Under the pieces are notes generated by a model, which saw only the letters and a program-made list of their open reading frames with translations, was not told where the DNA came from and made no database searches. Below, one piece after another: positions 25,095 through 35,860 of a stretch of 39,883 nucleotides of DNA. Origin of the DNA: Basidioascus undulatus (taxonomy: Eukaryota); the NCBI GenBank assembly GCA_000826855.1, contig JTLS01000033.1, positions 1-39,883 on the forward strand. The letters are read 5' to 3'. Each line of letters starts with the position of its first letter. Within the stretch, counting starts at the first letter, position 1. Made by a program: the position numbers and the translations under genes.

Positions 25095-26442
25095 ATGTCC
25101 AAGTCAAACGAGCCTATAGATATCCTCATTGGTCCGTGATCGTCTTCGCATCGTGGCTCCCACCCTCGTCTCATCTTCGTGCCATCTCTTTCAGTCGGCA
25201 CCGGCGCAGTTGGCGCATTTTGTAAGATATGAAGTGTTATATTAATACAGGCTGAGCATTCCCTGACTCTACATACCCGCAGACGGATCCCGCCTCGCCT
25301 TCTCCCCGCGGGTGCGGCTCTCACTCGTCTGCCGATCCAACTACAAAGCTGTCTCCACCCGTGGCCTGCGCCTCCAGACGCACTCTTTCGGGTCGTACGA
25401 CGTCACTCCGCACGCGGTGTACCACTCCATCGACGCGGCCAAGCAGGCACCCAACGCATGGCGGTACTTGGTCGTCACGACCAAGGCGCTCCCGGACGTG
25501 CACGACGAAAGCGCGGACCTCGAGGGCCTCGTCGGGGAGGGGACCGCGGTCGTGCTGATCCAGAATGGGGTCGGCGTGGAGGAGCCGTATCGGAGGAGGT
25601 TCTGGAAGGCGCCGATCGTCAGTGGGGTGACGGTCGTGTCTGCTGAGCAGGTGCGCATACACCCCTCCCCTTTCTCTTCCCATCCCCCAACCTTCTCATA
25701 CTTCACACCACCAACTTCAACAGATTGAGCCCGGCTTGATCAAGCAGAACCGCTGGACGCGCATCTCCCTCGGGCCGTATGCGTCCTCCCCAACCGCAGA
25801 CGCGTATTCCCGCGCGCACGAGTCCGTCCTCCACGCCAGCGACGCCGCGACGAAAGAGTTTGCGGCGCTGCTTACGGAGGGCGGGATCAAGGACGCGGAG
25901 GTGTACGACCAGCGGGGGATCCAGTTTGTGCGGTGGCACAAGATCTGCATCAACGCGTGCGTGTTCAGTTTCCCGAATCATGCTTCCTACCACAGTCGGT
26001 CGACCCACGACTATTTCACTGACTCAGTCCCCCCCCACCTCACAGCGCAATGAACCCCTCCGCGGTCCTCTCGGGCGGCACGCCCAACGCGACCATGGTG
26101 AAAGACCCCACCCTGCGCGCGCACCTGCACGCGTGCATGGCCGAGGTCTTCCGTGCGGCGCCATCCATCCTCGGCGCGCCCTTCCCGTCGCACCTGGCCA
26201 AGCCAGAGGCGATCCTGCGCTCGAACGAGCGCAACGCGGGCGGGCGGCCGAGCATGCTCGTGGACTGGGAGGCCGGCCGGCCGATGGAGCTCGAGGTCAT
26301 CCTCGGCAACCCTGTCCGCATGGCGCGTGCGAAGGGCGCCCCCATGGACAGGCTCGAGAGCGTGTATGCGCTGCTGAAGATGGCGCAGAGGAGGAGGGAC
26401 GAGGAGCGGAAGCAGGAGAAGGGGAGGGAGAGCAAGCTGTGA
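25095..26442 (+). CDS. Ketopantoate (2-dehydropantoate) reductase, PanE/ApbA family
   Basis: MSKSNEPIDILI|VGTGAVGAF|YGSRL (Rossmann GxGAxG), VVTTKALP, LIQNGVGVE, RWHKICINA|AMNP, PSMLVDWEAGRPMELEVILGNP; four GT-AG introns; TGA 26440-26442. Confidence 0.93.
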
Positions 26443-27150
26443 GGCGTGGGCTGCACGGGGCGGGAGAGGAGCGCTGGAGGAAGCAGTGCTGCTTGGGCTC
26501 TTTGGATAGTTTGAGGGCGGATCGGACTTCGATGCGAGTCTGCATGGATTCTCACTAGTCGCAGGGCAGGAACAACCTGCGAATTCGAAGTCAGCAGGTT
26601 CCTGTGGTATCGTCACTGTTCTCTGCCACCGGCATTAAAAATGAAAATGTTTTGGACTAAGTGACATCAGCATGCTAATGAAGCCTTTGAGCAGTCCATG
26701 GTATTTGCGGGGTGATTGCGAGTAGCGACATGGGTTCCAACATGTAGAACGGTCAGGCAGTACTTGCCATGCTGCTGGAAAACGTTGGTGCCCTCCTCCC
26801 CCCTGGATAGCGTCGAAATCCACACCACAGAGAAATTGCATACACGAGCACCGTCTTGCCTGCGGCGGGGAGTAGCAGGTAGCGGGGACGCTGCGCTACA
26901 GCGGGGCTTTCACTGCTGAAATTCCCTTGTTTAGCCGTCCCTCCGGGACATCCGCCAAGCAGTTCACCATCGCCGTACCAGGGTCGTATAGTCCTTTGCA
27001 CGGGACGACACGCTTGCTGTGGCTTGCTGCGCTGCGAGGCTCCATCCTGGTTAAAAGGGCAGGCGGTAGACGGATTGGCAATCATAACTCAGCCTTCCCA
27101 GCGACTGTTCACTCCGATCCTTTGCACATTCGCATCCCAAAACTCCCAAG

Positions 27151-28557
27151 ATGCGCACCACCGCCATCCTCGCGATCATTGCCTTCTCGGCCACCGCCAT
27201 GGCTGCAGCCACGCCTGCCTCCGGTTCCAACATGATGAGTCGTCGGGATGCGGGCGACTTGAGCAGGCGCCACTGGAAGGGCGACCACAAGAAGGTGCGC
27301 TCGGAACCTCTTGAGAGGTTTATCAACTCATGCTCATTTGCGCTCTTGTGACACAGCAGCATGAGGAGCACAAGAAGCCGAAGAAGGTCTACTACAAGAA
27401 GCCGGAGGAGCATAAGAAGAAGGTCGGTGCCAATTCTTTTTACTTAATCGCTGTGCTGTTATCTGACCTGAATACGGAATGTTTCAGGAGGTGAAGAAGG
27501 AGTACAAGAAGAAGGTGAGTGCCATGCCATGTGCAGTCTCTCCTGGGCGCAATCTGACTGACTACTGCCTAAAACCAGGAGGAAAATAAGCCTGAGCAGA
27601 AGAAGGAGGAGAAGAAGTACGATGAGAAACATAAGGGCAACAAAAAGAAGGAGGATGACAAGAAGGATGACAAGAAGAAGGATGGGGATGACAAAAAGAA
27701 GGACGAAGACAAGAAGAAGGATGATGGGAAGGAGGACGGCAACAATGGCCGGGACGACGACGATGGGCGCGACGGTACCGACAGTGGCCACAACGGTGGC
27801 GGGCGCAACCAGGGTGGGCGGGATGGTGGGCGTGACGGCGGGCGTGACGGCGGGCGTGACGGCCGTGATGAGCAGGATGGCGGCTACAATGATGACCGCA
27901 ACGGTAACGGTCGCAACGGTCTCAGCAACGGCAACCGCTCGGTCGTATTTTCAAAAACTCTTAATCCAGGAATCAGAGCGCTAATCAGACTCTCGCCCTC
28001 TTACAGGGCGGCAACAACGGCAACAACGGCCGCAACGACAAGCGCCAGAAGGTATGTTCATCTCCCCTTCCTTATCTACTGCTGCCTGGGACGGGAGAAT
28101 GCTTACAGGCAGGCAAATCAGAGCGATAACAACGGAGGGAACCAGTCCGTGCGTGCACTCTCATATCCTCATCGTAGCCCTCTGGCAGTCTGCAACCCTC
28201 ATCTGACGAAGTTCAAGCCCTTTCAGAACGGCTCGAGCAAAGGCGGTAACGCCAACGGGAAGAAGTCCGACAAGAAGAAGGATGACAAGAAGAAGGATGA
28301 CAGAAAGGTATATAAGTGATGCTGCACTCATGGAGGTAGAGAGTTGTCGCTGATGACTGTGACTGAGCTGTAGGACGAGAAGAGGAAAAAAGACGACAAG
28401 AAGAAGAAGGAGGGGGATGACAAAAAGAAGGACGACAAGAAGAAAGTTGGCGACAATGGTCGTGATGGCAATGAGTCTGTGTGTCTGGACTGTCTCCCTA
28501 CTCACAGCCGGAATGAGTGCTCACATGGACTGCTCCTGATCGCAGAACGGCAACTAG
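27151..28557 (+). CDS. Secreted, Cys-free, low-complexity Lys/Asp/Glu- and Gly/Asn-rich protein (~288 aa)
   Basis: Signal peptide MRTTAILAIIAFSATAMAA and two RR sites. Exons 27151-27294, 27360-27422, 27488-27514, 27579-27941, 28007-28051, 28122-28148, 28227-28307, 28374-28478, 28546-28557 give one open frame. Confidence 0.8.
27810..27870 (+). repeat. 12-bp coding tandem repeat (GGGCGTGACGGC)n = (GRDG)n
   Basis: gggcgggatggt gggcgtgacggc gggcgtgacggc gggcgtgacggc read directly; DDKKK-coding units (gatgacaagaagaag) also recur in exons 4, 7 and 8. Confidence 0.85.
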
Positions 28558-29449
28558 GTGTGAGAAGAACGCCGACCGGTTGGCGCTGCGATGTGGCTGT
28601 TTGAGTCCTGTCGTGGTCTCGTTGCTGCTCTTGTATAGTGCCAAAGGGCGGATTGTTCTTTCATCACATAATGCATGTTTGCAACACTTCAGCTATGAAG
28701 CGGATGCTCGATGCTCGTTTCAAGTGGCCGGAACTTAGTGTCAGGTTGTATGTCAAGTACCGTCCACGGTGGCCTCGCGCAGCTGTCGAAAGTACTCATT
28801 GGCGACTAAACTTATAAACTCACCGATGGTTTTAAAATAAAATCGTGAGGTGTGACGAATGCAATCGTAGCCTCTGCGGTACTGCTGCCCGTGCCCACCA
28901 AATGGCAGTAGGTCCAGTAGAACCTTCGGTAGCGCCTTTATCCGCTGCATCATCTTCGACGTTACGGTCTGAGCTATTTTGCAAAATACTCAAAGGATGT
29001 AGTCGTTATCTTCATGGTTATCCTGGATTGAATGGTCTCTGTGCGTTGAAGCTTCTTCAGTTGAAGTATCGAAGCAGTGGCTCAGTTGCCGGACTTTCTG
29101 CGTTCACTGAAGTGCAGACTATTATTTAACAAAGCACAGACTGAAGATATTTTGAAAAGCACACTTCTAAGTTCATGGGGTAAAGGGTGTACAGCGCAAT
29201 CACGATGGTCTGGTATATTCGTGACATGCATAGCTTGATGCGCGGAGCGGATTGACACATCAACAAGAATGTGGGTCCGTATCACAAAATCCCAAAATAA
29301 GCAAAAGTGGACAGCATAAAGTAAAGCAGCGATCGCCTTCAGAGTCCGGTGAGCTTGACCGCATGCCGCTTGTACAGTCCCTAACACTGCATCGTTGGCC
29401 AAGCATCAGAACTGGCTCGAGTATCACATCGAGCGGCCGTAGATCCCCT

Positions 29450-32400
29450 TGAAATGTGAGGGGGTACTTACATCCCGATCCCGTACACTTTCTCTTTGAC
29501 CGACTCGGCTTCCACCCAGCCTTGCAGCTCACGACCTTGCAAAGGCCTACGGTGCACTGCACGCCTTGGGCGTACTTGATCGCCGAGCAGTCTTGTCCGC
29601 TTGAAATGTCGTTGTACGGGCACCCGCCGCATGCCTCGACCTCATCGTGATGCCCAGGCACTGCAAAGGTTTGGCAAGCCGTAAGCCCCGGAACGGCCAG
29701 CCTAAAGGTAGTTGGAACAAAGCTCAGAGGTACCCACCTCGTATGCTTCTTCCAAAGACAAGCCGGGGATCTGGCAAGCCTGGTGTGGCGCCTTGCACCG
29801 CCGCCTCCTCTTGCGAGTTTCTCGGCGCCCCCCGCCTCGCGTTTGGTAAGGACAGCGAAAGATTGGTTGAGCACGCATCCGCCGCTAGGAATGTGGGGAA
29901 TGTCGTGATTAGCATCGTCAACAGTGCAGTCACGTATTTCTCCACACTTGCGATATTCGGGTCCACAGGCGCACGAGGGTGAGGTACCCGCGTAGCCGTT
30001 TGCAATGTCGCACTCGCACATGGAGCCGCCTTCGGGAGTGAGCGCCTGGATAACGCCTTCGACAGCCGGACAGGAGACACGGCGCAGACGTAGTCTGTTG
30101 ATGCCGCCACGCAGAGCGGTACGCCTCCACCCGCGACCAGCGCGCAGTTTCGGAGAGACTGGTGGGTACGAGGATTGTCAGCTCATGAGACAAGTGGAGA
30201 ACAAAGGGGCCGCCAATTCGTAGGGGTGCAAAGAGGACGTACCCGTCCGCAAGCGGAGACGGTGTTGCCCACGCACTCCCCGTTTTGACGGTGTCGAGCC
30301 CACAGGTGCCTACATTTACAGACGTTCGGGTCAGCAGTAAGTCTTTTTATGGAAAACCAGCTGGCTTACCGGAACAAGTTTAGTCATGTCCTGCAGCGTT
30401 GCGGCGGAGGACTACCGAGCCCACCGTGATTAGCGATCAGCTGGGATACTCAGTGGGAATCTCATGCCCTACCCGGCCACAGTTTGCGTTGGTATTGCCC
30501 ACGAAGGTTCCGCTCAGCAACGTAGCACCGGGGCCGCAAGTGACTGAAAGCAGACATCAACTTTGTTCGCCCGTGCAATTGCGGGGAGCGTTCTAAGCGT
30601 ACCAGAGCGAGCGTAATCCGTTCCGGCCGCGTTAAGCTGACAGCTTGAGGTTCCTCAGACCGAGGCTGTGCAGATCGTGTTTGTCTGCAGAGAAAGAATT
30701 AACCCCACCGGTAGTCGTTTCGATCCCCAAGTGAGTATGACCGCACCGTTCCGCACTGAAGGGAGGTGTTCGGCACGCAGGCGCCGTTGAGCAGGACGCG
30801 ACCTGCTGAACACGTAGCCGATCACTGGATATCTGTGTTTGCGACTATTCGCAACACAGCTAGACCTGCCACCCGTCACGCTCGGGCAAGCCGTGCCAGC
30901 CTGGCGACAAGCAGGAATCAGCACGTAGCACACGGGGGAGTCAACATAGCTGCGACTTACCCGACCGCACCTGGCAGTCGTCGAAGGAGTGCAGTACCCA
31001 AACTGCAGGGTCGTCCGTATCGAAAAGTGGTGGAGCAAGGGAGTCCTGTTGGTGGAAGCGCTGCGGAAATCCTTCTGCATCTACGACAGAGCGATTCACA
31101 CAGTTCCTGCGGCATTGAGCGTGCAAGAGGCGGTGTCGCCGTTGGTGGGAGCGGTGCACGTAGCTGGAGTCTGCTCGTACAGGTTCAAGTTCTCAACTTC
31201 GAGTGAGCATGCGCCCATCAGGATAATCACAAAAGAAGGGACACACGCGACCGCAAGACTGCACCGTTGAAGGTACACATGCTTCTTGCAGAATAGTTGT
31301 CCCGGTACCCTGTTCAGCGAAAAATGTTACTCTGCAGTCAGTATAGATACCCGCGGTTTCCCCTCTACAGGTACCGGTCGCGTGTACCGCCGCAGGCAAT
31401 GGCGGCACTGCGACATGCACACAGAACGCCGGCGGAACGGTGAGCATCTTTTCAAACCAACCAGTGTTGAAACCCTACACTTACTAAAGCAAATGAACAG
31501 GACTTCATATGTGGAAACACATGTCCTACAGGTAACATTGCGGTCCAGGAGTATGTGCTGAAAGGGCTATGCACGCACTCAGACACCACTCCCGGGCGCC
31601 TAGAGGGTGTCGGTGTTTCACATCTTGGCTCACACCCTGTCCTGTCAACGAGCCTTTCAGCACCAGCACTTCTTTGAGTCTGCCCACCCCTTTTGACACT
31701 CCAGCAAAGGGGTCCATAAGGTTCCGTGGCTGAAATACAATGGAAATGCACGATACGGATCCCTTGTCCTGTTCGCATCTCACGCGTGTACAGTCTTGTG
31801 CCATGGAAACAGGTTAATCACAGCCGCCTCGTATAAGCATGCCCGGAATTGAAACCTTTAACATCAGCTGGATGCCACAGTATCCATGTTCCCCAACGTA
31901 GACCTTCAACAAGCTTGTTCAGGAATTTGTAAAGCTCTGCGTAGAAGCGCAAGCAATATGTGGATAGCACTAAGGCTTCTTTCGGCCATATTGCCGCAAC
32001 CACACTCACCATATCTTTCTCAAACCTCCATTCAGCTCGGTTACTGCGTACCAAGCACCATAATGTCTTGCGACCGGGTGAGCGCTGAGATCAGGATTAA
32101 TTAGCATGTTACTCATTTTGCCTTCCCGCCAGACACCTACTGCTTGTCGCGTTCCCTCCAACGGCGGAACGGCATCGTGGGCGAACACCCTCGGCACTGA
32201 CATCGTCTGTTCCGCGTCATGCGCAGGTCTGCAGATGAGTGCGAGAACCAGCGAAGTTCTTTGAACCCACACACCGTTCCGCAATACGCGGTAGTTGAAG
32301 GAATGCAGGCGCTATTCAACAGCGTATGTGCCGTCGCTGCAGATGAAGGCGTGGTGGGCAGCCGCCTTCCCGCGACGTTCGCCCGTGATCGCGCAGAGCG

Positions 32401-32480
32401 ACGGGAAGAAGGGAAGCTGGAACCAGAAGAACAAGAGCAAGGAAGCTGTCCGTGTTAAAAGTTGGTGGACGAAGACGCAT
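29450..32480 (-). pseudogene. Secreted Cys-rich repeat protein with C-terminal CPL1/PriA-like domain, disrupted
   Basis: C-terminus RCKAPHQACQIPGLSLEEAYE|CLGIT/DEVEACGGCPYNDISSGQDCSAIKYAQGVQCTVGLCKVVSCKAGWKPSRSKRKC with a frameshift at ~29647. Upstream repeated exons end GxCxxxTxxxCGR|gt (GECVGNTVSACGR, GYCTPSTTARCGR, EACVPSTVQSCGR, SACIPSTTAYCGT). Hydrophobic N-terminus after ATG 32480; several frame breaks. Limits are approximate. Confidence 0.75.
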
Positions 32481-34053
32481 TTCGGGATGGTGGCGAGCGG
32501 ATGTGGTTGAAAGCTGAGGAAGCGGTGAAGGTTGCGGTCGCCTCGCCGAGCTCCTGCGAATGTACCCGCGAACGGGTGATATGTAGAGCAAGGCGGAGGA
32601 TGCGTTAAAGAAGACGTATAGGGATGTTCAGGCGACAGAGAGTTAAGTTGAGTGAGTCGGATGGCAGAACTGAGCGTAGAGAGCAAGCGGGTAGGTCTTC
32701 CGCTACGACCGGCACTTGTGCAGGGTCAATCAGCGTATATTCTTGCATAACGCAGAAAATAATGACACGGTCCGGTCCTGCCCGGGCCAAGCACCAAGAG
32801 AGCCACATTGGACAATGAGCTAGCAAACTGTTGCAGGAGCTTCGCATCCAAGTCAGCCACAGATTTATGAGAAACCCTGTAACCCACGAGCGAGCACGCA
32901 GCCATGGAAAAGGTCTCCATGCTGGGCTCCGCAAACTTGCGCCTAATGCACATCTCGCGCAAGGGCAACATCAGAAATGACCGCGTGCGACCGCGTGCGG
33001 CCGGCCTGGGGTTCATGTTTGCATCCTTCCCTCTACATTCAGGCTGTGCGATCGTCAGTAACTGCAACAAATCATCACGGATGCAGACGGCATGAGGATC
33101 GACGACACCCACAAACCCGTCTTCGAACGACCGAACATCTGACGAGACCACATGTGGCGTCAGGAAGAGGTTGGCAGGCGTTGGAAAGCGCTGCAAGTGC
33201 GAGACACTTACCAACGACCGAGATCATTATGCCGAACTTCATCATGTTTCTCCCCGACAGTGCTCAGCCTATACCTACCTGACTGTGATAAGGCCAGTAG
33301 TGCCCGGCAATATCTTCATCAATCCTTTGGCTTGTTTTAAAAGCGAATAACATCGCGCCAAACAGTGCAAACGCGCAGCATCGGCATCGCAAACCTCCAC
33401 TGCCGAAGTGCGAAAAAGCTGCCGCCTCACTTGCTTCTCCTGCTTGGGACCCACATCAACTGCTGAAAAAACGAAGAGTCGCAATGTCCTACAGTACTTT
33501 TCATATGTGAAGGCGAGTCAGTATATTGTGGCCGTCCGCAACCTGTGGTACACCGCCTGGTGCGGCCTGACAGTTGCGCGCCGCATGCGGCGTACCCCGT
33601 TGACGAAGACATCAAAGGTACGGCGACGTGCCACCTCGCAAGCAGTTGGAGAAGTTCTCGAAGTGAAGTTATAGCGAGAATAAGTTAAATACCTGTGGTG
33701 ATAATAATGAAGAGTATGCCCTGTAAGGTCTTGTCTAGGTCGGTGGCGTTGTGTTCCTAGATGATGATCGCCGTCAGTGACAACTGCGCATCAGGGACTC
33801 ATCAATGCTTAGTGCTCATGCAGATTCCGAACTCTTTTGGCCTTTGAAGCACTCCGCCGCCCGCAGGACGGTCGTAGGTGTGTACGTGCAAAGCATACGC
33901 CCGGTGCGCTCCATGCCGCGTCGTTGCGCGACGTATGGCATATTCGCACGGCGCAGTCAGGGTCGATGGCCGACATGCAGCCCGAGATCGTCTAATTTCT
34001 AGGTATCGTACCGACCGCGAATGGCAAGGGACCACTCAACGCCGGCATCGCCC

Positions 34054-35629
34054 TCACGCCCGCCCGTTGAGCTCCTGCGTCCACCACTCCGCAAAGTCCC
34101 ACTCCTTGCCCTTCCCGCCGCCCAGTCCGCTGAAGTCCAAGTCGATGCTCTCGATCACCCGGCGGCTGAGCCGGCAGTCCTTCGGGCGGCTCGTCTGCCC
34201 CACCGGCTCTTGCGTGTCGCTGTGCAGAGATAGAAAAGAGTCGTCAGTCGCGCACCGCTTCAACAAGTTGTTCTTATCAAGTACGCACGCGTCAAGGTGG
34301 TCGATAGGGGTGCCCAGGATTTTCTGTGGGTGTCCGACAGTATGAGGAAGACGTCGTGACGGCGTGCACCTACGGCACTTACCGCGAACGTCTGCGCCAT
34401 CTCATACTTGGTCATGGGCTGCTGCGCGGTATAGTGGATGGTTGGCGGAAGAGTCGTTCCGGACAGGACCTTCTTGGACAGAGCGACCAGTACCGCAGCG
34501 ACGTCCTGAACGTTGGTGGGGAAGCTAGAGCAGCGACGGCATCAGCACCCATACATTTCTATGAACAGTGTGTCGACATACCGCGAAGCATAGTGTTCCA
34601 TCTGCATATATGCCTGGAGTGTGAGCGTGCATCGCAAGAGAGGTCGGCGGGCAAACAACGCACCTTGTACCTCTTGCCGGATGCGTGGTCGCGTACGGGG
34701 TTGAGCAGGATGTTCACGGCAGACTCGGCAGGGTCGGATGCCTTCCCGTAACTGTGTGGCATGCTCTTGAGTGGAGTGGTTGGGCAGCACGAAGGAAGGC
34801 AAACTCACAGCACAGGCACGCGGAGAGCCACGGCCTTCGGGTCGGCCTCGTGCGCAGCCTTCTCGCCGGCGAGCTTGGTCTGATTATTCATGGTGGGATG
34901 AGCAATGCTGCTCTGTTTGTAATGCTTTAAACGTATTCACCTTCCCGTAGAACTGGAGAGGGTTCGGCTTGTCGTCGACGTCGTACGGCGCTGCATGCGT
35001 CCACGGTTCGGGTCAGCCGACGGGTCGTGCGAGCTCAGGCTGGAGACGAACGCGAGGTGCCATCGAAGACGTAATCCGTGCTGTGAATATGTGAAATGTG
35101 AGCATATGAATATTAACTCACGTTGCATGTAAACGGAGCGAAACGCACGAGATGTAAATCAGCTGCGCGTTGTGCTGAGCGCTCAGCTCGCCGAGAAGGG
35201 CGGGAACCTTGACGTTAAGCTGCAGTCACCGAGCAACGTTTTACAGCAATAAGCGTCTCATCACCCATCGGAGTATAGAGTATCCTCACCTTCTCCGCAG
35301 CCTCCGGATTCTGTTCTCCCCTCGCATTCAGTCCTCGTCTTCCTCTCCCGTCCGGGCACACCCTCCTCCCAGCAGCAGACACGTACCTTTTCCACAACGT
35401 CGGGCCTCCTCTCCGCCGCAGCATGCACCACGACCTGGGGCTTGACCTCCTCAAACAGCGCCTTCACCGCCTTCTCGTCCTGAAGATCCAGCTGGCGCAA
35501 ACCCGGCCCGGTGCGCGTGTACGACAGCCCGACGGGCTCGAAGGCCGCGTCGGCTTGGAAGGCGGAGAGGACGGCGCGGCCGAGCAGGCCGGACGCACCG
35601 GTGACGAGAACTCGGGTGGGCTTAAACAT
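34054..35629 (-). CDS. RmlD-like extended SDR (dTDP-4-dehydrorhamnose reductase / MAT2B-like)
   Basis: RVLVTGASGLLGRAV, VVHAAAERRPD, LIYIS|TDYVFDG, PNPLQFYGK|TKLAGE (YxxxK), LRVPVLYG, RFPTNVQDVA, RPKDCRLS; about ten introns; TGA at 34054-34056. Confidence 0.93.
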
Positions 35630-35860
35630 GGTGAATGTGCTGGTCGTGGCGAGGATGGTGATGATGGAAAGGAAGGAACAGAAGGAACAGGGGAAGGGGA
35701 AGCATGGTAAATGACGTCGTGACTTGACGTTGCGACTTGACAGGTTTACAGCCGTCGCATCGAGCGCTTTCTTTCTTTCACTTCAAACAACGCCTTAGAG
35801 ACTGAGGCGCAGAGCAGAAGAGCATGCAATTAAACAAAGGACACTCATCCCAACAGTAGG

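Noticed and set aside
27459..28505. Minus-strand hydrophobic ORFs (poly-Leu/Val/Phe) resembling membrane proteins
   Set aside because: Antisense translation of the Lys/Asp/Glu codon repeats of the secreted protein.
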